From the IMG/VR virus record IMGVR_UViG_3300029746_000018: a stretch of DNA of 41,266 nucleotides; one strand, written 5' to 3'. This document shows, one piece after another, positions 1 to 9,530 of the stretch (its first letter is position 1; every line of letters starts with the position of its first letter). A program made the translations under genes and the position numbers. Source of the DNA: a virus. The notes under the pieces are model-generated. The model was not told the DNA's origin, did no database searches, and saw only the letters and a list, made by a program, of their open reading frames with translations.

Positions 1-99
1 ACGGGATGCAATATCATCTGCGATGCTGTCAAGCCCAAGAGTTATCAATAAATCGACTAATGCATTGTGCTTATCCATATTCAGCTGCGGAAATTTATC
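1..99. repeat. terminal direct repeat identical to 41168..41266 (assembly overlap closing a circular map)
   Basis: Compared both ends base by base: 1..99 equals 41168..41266 with no mismatch. The repeat lies inside a coding region. Confidence 0.9.
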
Positions 100-210
100 G
101 AAAGCGTCTTTGTTCTGCTCTACGGTTCCGTTTAATCTTCGCCCCGGATTGGACTTGACATATGCCGCGTTCCGCTCGCTTTGAAGTATTTTTACGTCAG
201 ATAGTGCCAT
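1..210 (-). CDS. tail fibre protein, 5' end (first 70 codons) of the gene whose body is 39992..41266
   Basis: ATG at 210 lies 3 nt after the stop of the 692-aa gene, with a GGGGG RBS 8-9 nt upstream. It reads MALSDVKILQSERNAAYVKSNPGRRLNGTVEQNKDAFDKFPQLN and continues in frame into MDKHNALV, which is the start of track ORF 39992..41245. Confidence 0.7.
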   Translation of the reverse strand, partial: MALSDVKILQSERNAAYVKSNPGRRLNGTVEQNKDAFDKFPQLNMDKHNALVDLLITLGLDSIADDIASR

Positions 211-213
211 GCT

Positions 214-2292
214 CTACCCCCTGTTCTTACTAAAATTGCCTACTGTGTAGGTCTTTGTTATCTTTAGAATCCCAAACGGTTCATAAATCGTATTGTTTTC
301 AACCACAATTTGAAGCCGCTTGTACTTCTTTACTTTCTTATTGAAAAAATCGTCCTGCGCTGTTTCATTGCTGCTGAATGTGAATCGTTCAAAATCAACT
401 GGATCCCATGAGAAAATATCAGCATAGAATATTCCAAGCTTGCTTTCTCTTTCTCCATCAGCAATCAGCGTGACTTCGGCTGATGTTCTATCATATGGCA
501 ACAATGTGAGCATAGTTCCTTTTTTATTTAGTGTCTTGAAATACTGCGGCATACCATCATCGTCTAGCGTAGTAGCCCATCTGCATGGGATCGCGACACC
601 GTCTGTGAGTATCTTTTCTCCCAACGTTGTTGTGCTCAATACCCCGTCGTCACAATACGCGGTCTTATCTTGGATGTCTGTATTGAATTTACAAAGAACA
701 CCGTCTGCGGTACCAAACCACAACTCGTTCTCGTAAACATGGAAACAAGTCGCGGGTATGTTATCCCAGTAATAGCACTCATACGAGTAATTTGTTGTAT
801 TGTTTGTATCATTTGCCCTTTGCCGCCCATCTAGCACATACGCGTGATTATTGACAGCCAAAATGTAATACCGTTTCCACACAATAGCACAAGCTTGCTC
901 CAGGTTCTTCTCCGCTATCAACTGTTTGTCAATGTAGTATGAGCGGTTTCTTAGTACGTTGTCAGTCGTTGCAAACACGTTTGTGATCGCAAAGATTCCG
1001 TTCCGCGTGAGAAACAGCGGGTCGTCACCCAATGATGCAAATGTCTTTGGCGCGATACCGCCCTCTCCACCCATTGTCGGCTTGACAGCGAAAAACGTCT
1101 CTCCGTTTAACGTCTGTCCATATGCCAAATATACCGTTGTCTCTGTGTTGGCATCACCTTTTACAACAGCTAGGTACGATGAGTATGTGTGAAGACCTAC
1201 AATATCATTGCCATCTTGACCGGCTACAAAGTAATTGTTGTCTGGCCAATAAGTAGGGTCCTTGATGCCTGTGTAGTAAACCCTGTTTTTATTCACGCCG
1301 CCTACAGCAAAAATTCTATCTGTTGTAGAATATCCGTAGGCTTTTGTGATAAAGGTCTTTAATAGGTCAACTCTTGCTTCTTTGTACTGCCCTTTATGTA
1401 TGACTGTCTCAACTCCGTTGACAGTCTCTTTGTGGTCTTCTTTTGCGTCAAAATTCTCAAATGTGATCTTGACGTTGTCTTGTCCTACAATAACCGGTGC
1501 ATGCACAGCCTTAAACGTGATTTTAGGCGCGCATACAGTAAAGTCCACAGTGTTTCCGAGTACGTCTCTGCCCTTTAATACTTTTGTCTCACCGATAGTG
1601 TAGTCTGTGTCTTTCGCTTTGACCTCAAATTCTCCGTCAGCGTTCATAACCTCGACTTTGATAGAATCGGCTACGATGTACTTGTAAAAGTCGCTGTCAG
1701 CCAATTTTTGAGGCACAAGGGAATAATCTTTTGCTGAACTATTTCCTAAAAACGAGAATGTTCGTTTCGGCGTCAAAAGATTGACGCCCTCAAGAGCCAC
1801 ACCGCCTGTTCCGTCCGGATTTCTTGATATGGACGCATCCGGAATCTTTGCTGTGCCTGCGGCTATAACGTCCTCTGCCGCTAGGTCTTTGAATTTATAC
1901 AGCTTCGCATTACAGAACGAATATACGGTATCATCAAAAAGAAACAGGTCAGCGCGATCTAATTTATCGTACGAAACTAACGTAACAATCGTTTCAACAC
2001 CATTCTTATCATAAATCGCATAGATGCCCTTGGCTGCAATTACATACTTCACAGAGCCGACTTTTTCTTTGTGCAGCATAATCTTTTCGATTTTCCCTGC
2101 GTTCGGAATTGTCGTGACTTTTCTCCATCCGGTACGTTTAATCGGATTCCCGCCGTTATCGGATATTAGATTTACCATATCCGGACTTCTGCGCCTGTTT
2201 ACTTCTGTACGGTCTCTCGAAAAATCCGCGCCTCTTAGATTTTCATAATATGTATGCTTGTAAGCCGGCTGTGCAGGTATTTTTAGCTTCAT
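214..2292 (-). CDS. virion structural protein, probable tail tube/nozzle-type protein (692 aa)
   Basis: Track ORF 214..2337 trimmed to ATG 2292, which overlaps the upstream stop as ATGA. Beta-rich sequence. Sits between the adaptor-like gene and the tail fibre. Role assigned by position only. Confidence 0.4.
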   Translation of the reverse strand: MKLKIPAQPAYKHTYYENLRGADFSRDRTEVNRRRSPDMVNLISDNGGNPIKRTGWRKVTTIPNAGKIEKIMLHKEKVGSVKYVIAAKGIYAIYDKNGVETIVTLVSYDKLDRADLFLFDDTVYSFCNAKLYKFKDLAAEDVIAAGTAKIPDASISRNPDGTGGVALEGVNLLTPKRTFSFLGNSSAKDYSLVPQKLADSDFYKYIVADSIKVEVMNADGEFEVKAKDTDYTIGETKVLKGRDVLGNTVDFTVCAPKITFKAVHAPVIVGQDNVKITFENFDAKEDHKETVNGVETVIHKGQYKEARVDLLKTFITKAYGYSTTDRIFAVGGVNKNRVYYTGIKDPTYWPDNNYFVAGQDGNDIVGLHTYSSYLAVVKGDANTETTVYLAYGQTLNGETFFAVKPTMGGEGGIAPKTFASLGDDPLFLTRNGIFAITNVFATTDNVLRNRSYYIDKQLIAEKNLEQACAIVWKRYYILAVNNHAYVLDGRQRANDTNNTTNYSYECYYWDNIPATCFHVYENELWFGTADGVLCKFNTDIQDKTAYCDDGVLSTTTLGEKILTDGVAIPCRWATTLDDDGMPQYFKTLNKKGTMLTLLPYDRTSAEVTLIADGERESKLGIFYADIFSWDPVDFERFTFSSNETAQDDFFNKKVKKYKRLQIVVENNTIYEPFGILKITKTYTVGNFSKNRG

Positions 2293-2708
2293 AATCTCAA
2301 CCCCTGTCCGATGGTGATTCTCCTTGTCGAATAACATGATTGCTTGATCTGATTCATCAAATCGTCATATCCATTGTAGTATAACGTCGCTTTCGACAAA
2401 TCGTCGTCAAGCCACACATAATGCGCTGCCAGAAGTTTGATTAAAGGCTGAACAATAATCGGCAGCTGAATCTCGAAATCATCTTCTGTATCTTCCGTAA
2501 TATCTGTTATCACTGGAAGCGTCCATTCTTCCTCATCGGTCGATAATTCTGCCTTGAAATATGCCTTTAATGGCATGACTACCGTCGTATTGATTACATG
2601 GATTGCATGGTTCGTAGCGTTTCTCACAATAGACGCATACTCTTCCATTGCAGAATCGTCCTCAAAGCCAAGGTCTCGAATCTGTTTTTTTATTTCGCCC
2701 CACGTCAT
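2289..2708 (-). CDS. head-tail connector/adaptor-like protein
   Basis: 139 aa, acidic, with an AGGAG RBS. The C-terminal pattern LLAAHYVWLDDD..YYNGYDD resembles gp6-type connector proteins. Position is after the capsid genes. Confidence 0.45.
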   Translation of the reverse strand: MTWGEIKKQIRDLGFEDDSAMEEYASIVRNATNHAIHVINTTVVMPLKAYFKAELSTDEEEWTLPVITDITEDTEDDFEIQLPIIVQPLIKLLAAHYVWLDDDLSKATLYYNGYDDLMNQIKQSCYSTRRITIGQGLRL

Positions 2709-2719
2709 AGCTTTCTCCT

Positions 2720-2747
2720 AAAAAACAAAGGGGGCATTTCTGCCCCC
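2720..2747 (-). terminator. intrinsic terminator after the capsid/117-aa genes
   Basis: On the minus strand: GGGGGCA-GAAA-TGCCCCC followed by TTTGTTTTTT. Confidence 0.7.
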
Positions 2748-2753
2748 ACTAAG

Positions 2754-3107
2754 TTACGGCAACTCAATAACGGACATAGACGCCTTTGTCGAGGACGGAA
2801 CAATCAAGATGTAGTCCTTGTCCTCGCCGGATACGTTCTTGTATCTGCCATCGTCCAGTCTGATTGCCGCTGTCTTTCCTGCAGCAACCGAAAATGCGTC
2901 AAGGTCTTTTACGCCCTGAATGCCGTTTCCCTGTTTAACAGTAACAGTAACGGCAGCAGAAGCGTCCGTATTCTGCACTAAAACGACTCTTTTCCAGTCA
3001 CCGTTTACTGCCGGCACTTGAAAACCATCGGTCGTACCGGCTGTAAAGGTTAAAGTTCCCCATTCGTTAAGGGTTAATTTGTCAGATGTGATTTTTACTT
3101 TTGCCAT
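2754..3107 (-). CDS. small beta-rich virion protein (capsid decoration or similar)
   Basis: 117 aa, Thr/Val/Gly-rich. Lies directly after the capsid gene and before a terminator. Role assigned by position only. Confidence 0.35.
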   Translation of the reverse strand: MAKVKITSDKLTLNEWGTLTFTAGTTDGFQVPAVNGDWKRVVLVQNTDASAAVTVTVKQGNGIQGVKDLDAFSVAAGKTAAIRLDDGRYKNVSGEDKDYILIVPSSTKASMSVIELP

Positions 3108-3119
3108 TTTCTATACCTC

Positions 3120-3947
3120 CTATACCCACTTGCCTACGATCAGTTCTTTCGGTCTTGCGATGATTCCATCATACAAAATGAATCCCTTGACCGCGTCGAT
3201 AAACCCGTTTTCCGGTCTGTAAGGCTCGATGTGCGTCATCGGATTTACAAACGCAATCGCTCTGTTGGTCTTCAGCTGTACCATGTAGTTTCCGGAAGAA
3301 TCTTTCGCGCAGTTGTTGGATTCCTTGATCGTGATACCATTGTACTTGCCCACAACGCCGTTTTTCATCATAACAGAGTTGTCGGTATCAAGGTGCACAT
3401 ACGCCTGTTTCAAAAGCATAACGTGTTTCGGAGGAAGCGTCAGCGTGATGTTGGACGTTCTCTTTACATCGTTTTCAAGTAATTTAACAAGCATGTTGTC
3501 GATTGTTTCAAGGATGTTGTCCTTTGTGATGGTGGTTGCCGCAGAATTGAAAACAACCGCCTGTTTGTTTAATGACATATTCGCAACAAACCTATCCATC
3601 TCGTCCGCCAAGGCTTCGGAAGTTTCCTTTGCAAGGGCTTCCATTAAGCCGCCGACCGCCTGTCTTTTATCAATATCGCCTACTCCGTAATCAAAGTATG
3701 CTGCATGATTGATGTTAAGAGTGATAGACTGATCTGCGACCTCTTCTGGTCCGGTCAAAACAATCTTCTTACCTATCTGCGTCTTGATTGTTGGTTTACC
3801 TACGCCGAGAATTCTTACCGAATCGCCTTTCTGCTTAACTTCTCCTTCATACTGACGATTGGTGTCAGCCACGAATACATGATCTCTCTCGATGTCTCTG
3901 TTGATTGCTTCCGCCCATACTGTTGGAATAAAATTCTGATATGACAT
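3120..3947 (-). CDS. major capsid protein (small HK97-fold type)
   Basis: 275 aa, directly after the scaffold gene. The N-terminal FIPTVWAEAI segment and the size fit small capsid proteins. Supported by gene order. Confidence 0.6.
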   Translation of the reverse strand: MSYQNFIPTVWAEAINRDIERDHVFVADTNRQYEGEVKQKGDSVRILGVGKPTIKTQIGKKIVLTGPEEVADQSITLNINHAAYFDYGVGDIDKRQAVGGLMEALAKETSEALADEMDRFVANMSLNKQAVVFNSAATTITKDNILETIDNMLVKLLENDVKRTSNITLTLPPKHVMLLKQAYVHLDTDNSVMMKNGVVGKYNGITIKESNNCAKDSSGNYMVQLKTNRAIAFVNPMTHIEPYRPENGFIDAVKGFILYDGIIARPKELIVGKWV

Positions 3948-3961
3948 TTGTTATTTCTCCT

Positions 3962-4669
3962 TTACCATTTGCTCATTGATTCGCGGATTTTGTCATAATT
4001 CGCTTTCACTTCCGCAGGAGACATCGCTTCAACTTCCTCACGCGTGTAATAATCGCTTTGAGGCTTGTCGGCTGTTGAGACGTTCCCGATGATGGGAGGT
4101 TTCTTGGGCGTTGTGTTGCCCTTGTATGCCATCATCATTTGAAATGCCTGCTCTGCGCCCATCTCGCCCATTGGATTGAATCGGAACGCTAAATATTCCG
4201 GTCCTAACTCGTCAATGGACTTGACTTCTGGGTGTGATTTCTGAATCTCTGCTAAATCCGCATCCATTTGTGCTTGAGCCTGCTGCTCTAATAGCTGCTG
4301 CTCTAAATTTGCGTTTCTGTTTTGGAGTTCAGCAAGCTGCTCATGCATCTGCTGCTCTGCTCGGACTTCTTCAAGCGGTCTTTGCGTTGCGTAAGCCTGC
4401 GCCTGCAGCGACTTATCCTCACCATCAAAAAACAGCCCTAAAGCATCCTCATACTCTTTGGACTGTCTCTGTGCTTCGGCTAATTGCCGCGCAAGCTCTT
4501 CGTTGTGTCTGCGCATCTGTGCAAACGCTGCATCCTGCTCTGTTCTGACCGGTTCGGCGACTTCCGGCTCTTCTTCGCCTAAAGTTTCCACTTCGTTGTC
4601 CGGTTCGGCGACTTCCGGCTCTTCTGCGCCTAATCCCTCTTCTTGAGAGACTAAAGTTTCAAATTCCAT
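3962..4669 (-). CDS. scaffolding protein
   Basis: 235 aa, very acidic, Gln/Glu/Ala-rich and coiled-coil-like. Lies between the portal and capsid genes. Confidence 0.6.
   Translation of the reverse strand: MEFETLVSQEEGLGAEEPEVAEPDNEVETLGEEEPEVAEPVRTEQDAAFAQMRRHNEELARQLAEAQRQSKEYEDALGLFFDGEDKSLQAQAYATQRPLEEVRAEQQMHEQLAELQNRNANLEQQLLEQQAQAQMDADLAEIQKSHPEVKSIDELGPEYLAFRFNPMGEMGAEQAFQMMMAYKGNTTPKKPPIIGNVSTADKPQSDYYTREEVEAMSPAEVKANYDKIRESMSKW
4549..4633. repeat. 51-bp-period tandem duplication inside the scaffold gene
   Basis: ccggttcggcgacttccggctcttct(t/g)cgcctaa occurs at 4549 and again at 4600. It encodes the duplicated EEPEVAEP segment. Confidence 0.8.
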
Positions 4670-4690
4670 ACTATTTCTCCTTTTTGAATA

Positions 4691-6361
4691 TTAAAAAACA
4701 GCCTGTTGGGCTGCTTCTTGACTGAATAATTGTTGTTGTACGAGTGCGATCGCGTCCTCTTGCGGAATTCCTTGAGACATTAAGTCAAGCACTTGTCTTG
4801 CGAAGTTTTCTCCGCTTTGTGCTTGCTGTTTCTGCATCATCGCTTCTCGCTTTGCAAGCATTGACCTTAATTGCCCTTTAGGGACCGGGCCATTGTCCGG
4901 CGCGAGGTCTGCATATTCCTCTAAGGATAACTGCTGACGGTCAAACATGTTGTCAAGCCACTGCTGATTAGAAAGCTTCGTCCACTGGTTATCCTGTGAA
5001 ACGTCAATCCTAACCGTAGGCTTCAGATCTTGCAACTGCTGTTGGTCGATTAAAGTCTGCACTTCTTCGCCCATATCGTTTGTAGAAGTTACTTGGATTC
5101 CCTCCGGATGGTAGGCAACCCACATATCAAACCATAAGAGCGCCACATCTTCAACAAACTGCTTATACCTAGCGACATTTTCGTTTAATGTTACCTGTGC
5201 GCTGTCTCTGACTGCGATAATCGCTTGCCCTGATGCCTGTTCCGGATTGACATTACCCATAGCGTAATCACTGGCACCGGCAAGATCTTTTGTGATTTGC
5301 AATAAATCGTTTTGCAGACTATTCGCATCGCTTGATATGTTTGTTGCGTTGAGGTAGGAAACTTGTTGTGAAACAGACTGTGCACCGCCGCCGCTTACCT
5401 CAATCGGCTTTCCGACTGTGTCTAGGTCCTCCGGATTCTGAACGGTTGAAGAATCATAAGCAATTCTAGGGAACGCACAAAGCTTGACTGTGATTGCGCG
5501 TCTTGCAGCTGTCTTATTTAACTCTAGTTGGTTTGGAATCAGTTGAGCGACTTCCGAAACGCCTCTAGCGTCATAAGGAATCGGTCTCCAGATCATTGAA
5601 CAAATCGGGTACGAATGCAGTCCGGTAACGTCTCCTTGGATTGCATGCATCGGTTCGTAAATGCACTGTGCAGTAGAACGTGCGACTTTTACAATCCCGT
5701 TCTCTTTTGTCATGTAAAGAAGCGATGTAACCTTATTGGAAACCTCATAGTTATTCAATATGACACCATCGTTTGCATTTGAATTGTCGTCTCCTACAAT
5801 CAGTTCGATGTCTTTTTTCGAAATACCGTTATCCTTTGCAATTTTTCTGACCGCCTCAACCTCTAATCTCTCTCGAATGATGATAAACGGCTGTTCTTGA
5901 AGATCTGTTATATTCTCATCTCCAAGCAAGATCGATGTGTTCGGCAGAATCTTCGGCGGCATATCGGTTCTGTCACTTCCCCAATACGCATAGGCGTCTC
6001 CTTGGATTGCTGCTGCATTGATTAAATCCCACGTTTTGGAATCCATTTTGGATTTTTCCCAGTTCTTCGCGAAGTTTTGGTTCAGAAGTTCGTATATCGG
6101 CTGTAAATCGCCTCTGTTCTCAATATCAGAGTATTTAGCTGTCATGGAGTTTTGCGAAACGACAGAAACCTTGTACTGAACAATCGGCAGGATAAAATTG
6201 AAAATCGGAAGCTCTTCGCCTCCGGTGTTACATCCGACCCACTGATTGCCAATATAGAAGTTCCAGTTTCGCTCTGTTTTCTTGACAAGCCCTTTTTTAT
6301 CAAGATAATCTTTGCATTTTTGGTACTTTTGCCATATTTTGGTGTAAACTTTATCTTGCAT
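4691..6361 (-). CDS. portal protein
   Basis: 556 aa, downstream of terL. An NFYIGNQW motif near the N-terminus matches SPP1-Gp6-type portals. Supported by gene order. Confidence 0.65.
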   Translation of the reverse strand: MQDKVYTKIWQKYQKCKDYLDKKGLVKKTERNWNFYIGNQWVGCNTGGEELPIFNFILPIVQYKVSVVSQNSMTAKYSDIENRGDLQPIYELLNQNFAKNWEKSKMDSKTWDLINAAAIQGDAYAYWGSDRTDMPPKILPNTSILLGDENITDLQEQPFIIIRERLEVEAVRKIAKDNGISKKDIELIVGDDNSNANDGVILNNYEVSNKVTSLLYMTKENGIVKVARSTAQCIYEPMHAIQGDVTGLHSYPICSMIWRPIPYDARGVSEVAQLIPNQLELNKTAARRAITVKLCAFPRIAYDSSTVQNPEDLDTVGKPIEVSGGGAQSVSQQVSYLNATNISSDANSLQNDLLQITKDLAGASDYAMGNVNPEQASGQAIIAVRDSAQVTLNENVARYKQFVEDVALLWFDMWVAYHPEGIQVTSTNDMGEEVQTLIDQQQLQDLKPTVRIDVSQDNQWTKLSNQQWLDNMFDRQQLSLEEYADLAPDNGPVPKGQLRSMLAKREAMMQKQQAQSGENFARQVLDLMSQGIPQEDAIALVQQQLFSQEAAQQAVF

Positions 6362-6613
6362 TTATAACTCCTTTTGCCCTTTGGAGGAACCGTCATAGTT
6401 TTCGATGTTCTCAAGTAATGTGTTGAGTCGACTCCGTTTTTCTGCGGCTTTTTTGTTTTCCTTGGCTCTTTCAATCTTCTGCATCGGCGTTTCCAGCTTG
6501 ATTTCCGGCTTGTTTGTCTCTCTTGCACCGATGTTATAGCCCTTTATAAAGCAAAAGACGCTCAAAATCGGCGTCAGTACGGCTAAAACCATAATTGTAA
6601 TGTCAGATAACAT
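6362..6613 (-). CDS. small membrane protein, unknown function
   Basis: 83 aa with one N-terminal TM helix and a Lys/Glu-rich tail. Wedged between terL and the portal gene. Confidence 0.4.
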   Translation of the reverse strand: MLSDITIMVLAVLTPILSVFCFIKGYNIGARETNKPEIKLETPMQKIERAKENKKAAEKRSRLNTLLENIENYDGSSKGQKEL

Positions 6614-8060
6614 GAATTTTGTCTCCTTTGTCGAATCTTTTCCCTTTTTTACGCTTTAGACCAGGGAAATTTCGCTCTAAAAACGATTCTTCTTTAATTT
6701 TTATCACTTTTGCGTCAGAATAAATGAATTTATTTAGAATCTGCGACATGCAGTCTACTTGGTCGTCGTGCTTTCCGTTCGGAAACGCCGCGCATTCCTC
6801 GACAAAGTCTCCGGTAAACGGTTTATTCTTCGGCAAAAAGCAGTTTCCGCTCTCAATCGTACCGATTACGGCATTGACACGAGAAACTTTTCCGCCGTCC
6901 GGATTGACTGCGATTATCCCGCCCATATGCGTCCTCAAGTACTTCACAATCGCAGAACCATTTGCCTTGTCCTCGATGTAGGTTGTCTTGCACATAGGAT
7001 ACATGCCCCTCAACCTTGTAATCTCTCGTATCGTGGACGGCATATCAAGGTGTTTTTTCACTGCGTCAATCAAGTAAAGGTTAGCATTTGTCTTTCCCCA
7101 CACTTGAATTGCCACAAAGTCGTTGTCGTCTCCGTCTTTGAACGCAGCATCAACGCTCATCGCCATTTTTTCAATATGGGGTAAAGTCTCGTAATACTGC
7201 CACCACTCACGTTTGATTATGTTGCCCTCAAGCCCTGTTGGATGCCCTTGGAATAATGCGTTCCATGCTCTTGAACCACTCAAGCTAGTGTAGGACTTCT
7301 TGAAGTCGGCAAGCCAAACATTGTCCTTGCCGATCTCCGGACACAAAGCATCTCCAACTTTTCTGCCTAAAATATCATCCGGCTCTGCCTCAAGCGGGAT
7401 ATTGACAACCTTGACATTCTGTTCTGTCTCAATCAGTCTTCCGGCTAAATCGTCCTCATGCCAGCGCGTCATAATCACAATGATTTTGGCACCGGCATAA
7501 AGTCTTGTCTTATACGACGAAAGCCATTCATCAAATACTCGATTACGATAACTTTCGGAATCCGCCTCTTGCTGTGTCTTTACTGGGTCATCGATAATCA
7601 TGAGGTCGCATCGACGACCAGTTACACCGGACAAAAGTCCTCTGCTTACCATGCCGCCCCTATGACCTTCAAGTTCAAACTCTGTCGCATTGGCAGGTGA
7701 ACCGATTTTCACTCCAAAAACATCACCGCAGAATTCTTTTATCTTCTGCAAATTGCGTCTGCCGAATTTCTGCGCGAAATCTTCAGAGTAGGAAATCTCG
7801 ATCACTGATTTTTCCGGGTTTCTACCAAGATACCAACTTGGAAGCGTCTCCGTCACTGTAACAGACTTACCATGCTGCGGGGGTGTAGACAAAATTAAGA
7901 TGTCATACGCATGCCCGGTGTTCTCTTCCAAAAAATCTTGCACCGTATCGCACAAAAACCGGTGGAATTTACTCACTTTATAGCCGTTATTGGTGTGTTT
8001 TACATACGCGCAGTAATCCGTCCTTAAAACGTCTCTATAGAGCCTCAAAACATCATTCAT
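6603..8060 (-). CDS. terL: terminase large subunit
   Basis: 485 aa. ATPase motifs present (PPQHGKS Walker-A-like, LMIIDDP Walker B), followed by a nuclease-type C-terminal half. Overlaps the upstream gene by 8 nt. Confidence 0.85.
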   Translation of the reverse strand: MNDVLRLYRDVLRTDYCAYVKHTNNGYKVSKFHRFLCDTVQDFLEENTGHAYDILILSTPPQHGKSVTVTETLPSWYLGRNPEKSVIEISYSEDFAQKFGRRNLQKIKEFCGDVFGVKIGSPANATEFELEGHRGGMVSRGLLSGVTGRRCDLMIIDDPVKTQQEADSESYRNRVFDEWLSSYKTRLYAGAKIIVIMTRWHEDDLAGRLIETEQNVKVVNIPLEAEPDDILGRKVGDALCPEIGKDNVWLADFKKSYTSLSGSRAWNALFQGHPTGLEGNIIKREWWQYYETLPHIEKMAMSVDAAFKDGDDNDFVAIQVWGKTNANLYLIDAVKKHLDMPSTIREITRLRGMYPMCKTTYIEDKANGSAIVKYLRTHMGGIIAVNPDGGKVSRVNAVIGTIESGNCFLPKNKPFTGDFVEECAAFPNGKHDDQVDCMSQILNKFIYSDAKVIKIKEESFLERNFPGLKRKKGKRFDKGDKIHVI

Positions 8061-8763
8061 TTTTTGCCTCTAATAGTCTTGGTCTTGAATATCCGAGTTC
8101 CTCAAGGTTCTTCTTCGCTTCATCAACACTGGATGTGTCCTCAACCTTTACCACTCTGTCTTCTCGCTTATCCGCCCAATCGCATAAATTCTTTAAGGTG
8201 AATATCGCACTGGATGTGTTATAGGCGCCTACTAGAGCCCCGTCACTTAACAGATCTCCCAGCATCGATTTATATTCGCTCTCCTGCGATGGGCTCATAT
8301 TCGCTAGGTGGTCACGCATGGACCTCCTAGAAATGCCTAGCCACATAGCTAGGTTTGTAACGTTCGGCACAATCGGCATTACGCCTGTTTCTCCGTCCGG
8401 TCTCTTAAACTCTTTCACGAAATTGTGCTTTCGGATATATGCACAAAATCCCTCAAACGCAGTCAATATCTCGTCGCAGCTTTCAAATATCTTTTTTTGA
8501 AGCGGTTCTAAATTATCCCTCATAGAGTAAATATAGCCCCACATCGCTTTCGCTTCTTTCGTGAGGTCTTTATCCTCTAGGTTTAATGGGTTCGGTCTAG
8601 CTTGATCATACTGCTTATAAAGCTGGTCTGCTCTACGAATCGCTTTCTTCGCATACGCTGCCTTGTTCTTCTCTTTGATCTGCGGTCTTACATGCGGAAC
8701 AAACGGTTGAACAACCAGTTCATCATTCCTTGGTCTGCCCCTCTTTCTCTTTTCTTCTTCCAT
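8053..8763 (-). CDS. terS: terminase small subunit (putative)
   Basis: 236 aa with a basic N-terminus (KRKRGRPRND). Immediately upstream of terL and overlapping it. AGAGG RBS. Confidence 0.5.
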   Translation of the reverse strand: MEEEKRKRGRPRNDELVVQPFVPHVRPQIKEKNKAAYAKKAIRRADQLYKQYDQARPNPLNLEDKDLTKEAKAMWGYIYSMRDNLEPLQKKIFESCDEILTAFEGFCAYIRKHNFVKEFKRPDGETGVMPIVPNVTNLAMWLGISRRSMRDHLANMSPSQESEYKSMLGDLLSDGALVGAYNTSSAIFTLKNLCDWADKREDRVVKVEDTSSVDEAKKNLEELGYSRPRLLEAKNE

Positions 8764-8926
8764 TTCGTACCTCTTTTCAGTCTATTTACAGTTATTTTTT
8801 TACTTTTTCAGTGGTTTTGCTCATTTTCTCGGTATCCCGCCCGTGAGCAAAGTTGCCTTTTTACAATTTCTGTATTAAAAACGCTAACATTTTTTTCTAA
8901 TTTTGGAATCAGGGCTTCTTTCGCCT

Positions 8927-9026
8927 AGTGGGGTGTTTACGATTCGCTTGCGAGGTGTAAGTACTCTGTATAGGGGGCATCCTCGCGCGAGTGGGGTCAT
9001 TTACGATCCACCCCATCGGGCATCCT
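8927..9026. repeat. direct repeats upstream of terS (AGTGGGGT-n-TTTACGAT x2, GGGCATCCT x2)
   Basis: Copies at 8927..8945 and 8990..9009, and at 8975..8983 and 9018..9026. The 10-bp palindrome CTCGCGCGAG at 8982..8991 lies between them. Confidence 0.5.
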
Positions 9027-9320
9027 GCCGCACCCTCTGCCCTACTATATGTAGTGGTCGAGGGACAAAACAAGCGGCGGGAAAGAATAAGGGTATTTCT
9101 TCCACCGCCTACGATTATTGAAATTCCAACGTTCGCAAGGATAATGTAAAACTTTGTAACTATTCCGATAACTATGATTTAGGGAATAGTTGAGAAGAAA
9201 CGAAGATGTGCCAGTGATGCATGGAAAGCGTGTGCCAGTCGGCTTTTTGGGCGGGAAGCATCTATACGAGCCCAACCCATCCTCGTATTCAACCGAGATT
9301 GCCCTACATTTATACGCACG

Positions 9321-9347
9321 AAAAAAGACAGCCTGTATAGAGCTGTC
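9321..9347 (-). terminator. intrinsic terminator downstream of tRNA-Tyr
   Basis: On the minus strand: GACAGC-TCTATACAG-GCTGTC followed by TTTTTT. Confidence 0.65.
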
Positions 9348-9444
9348 TGTGTAAATATAGTTTTGGTTTACTGTTAAGGGGTGTTCCTGTATGGTTTCCC
9401 CCGACTGCGGAGCCTGCCTGTCCTGTGTTCCTATATATGCCCTG

Positions 9445-9530
9445 TGGTCGGGAATGCAGGATTCGAACCTGCTAAGCTATAAGCGTCAGATTTACAGTCT
9501 GATGTGCATCTCCCGCTGCACTGATTCCCG
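9445..9530 (-). tRNA. tRNA-Tyr (anticodon GTA), class II with long variable arm, CCA encoded
   Basis: Cloverleaf folded by hand. Acceptor stem CGGGAAT/ATTCCCG, D stem GTGC/GCAC, anticodon stem TCAGA/TCTGA with loop CTGTAAA. 13-nt variable arm. T arm GCAGG-TTCGAAT-CCTGC. Discriminator A followed by CCA. Confidence 0.85.

Noticed and set aside
1-99. The 99-nt terminal repeat as a biological direct terminal repeat (T7-like DTR)
   Set aside because: It lies in the middle of the tail-fibre coding sequence, and the ORF reads seamlessly through the junction. This is typical of an assembler overlap on a circular contig.
440-2248. Plus-strand ORFs of 60-100 aa antisense to the 692-aa gene, and similar antisense ORFs across all large minus-strand genes (for example 35913..36362 and 33666..34013)
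   Set aside because: They are shadow ORFs inside long, well-packed minus-strand genes. They have no RBSs and low-complexity Ser/Leu/Phe-rich translations.
2293-2337. N-terminal extensions in the ORF track at 2337, 12311, 13059, 15951, 20904, 21196, 25283, 29042, 30263, 38300 and 38981
   Set aside because: The extended starts are often TTG or GTG, lie inside the upstream gene and lack an RBS. Internal ATGs with good Shine-Dalgarno spacing, or ATGA/TAATG coupling, give the usual tight phage packing. Coordinates were trimmed accordingly.
6142-6528. 128-aa Lys/Arg-rich minus-strand ORF that overlaps the portal start and the 83-aa gene
   Set aside because: It is out of frame with two better-supported genes. 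It has a highly basic low-complexity translation and no RBS.
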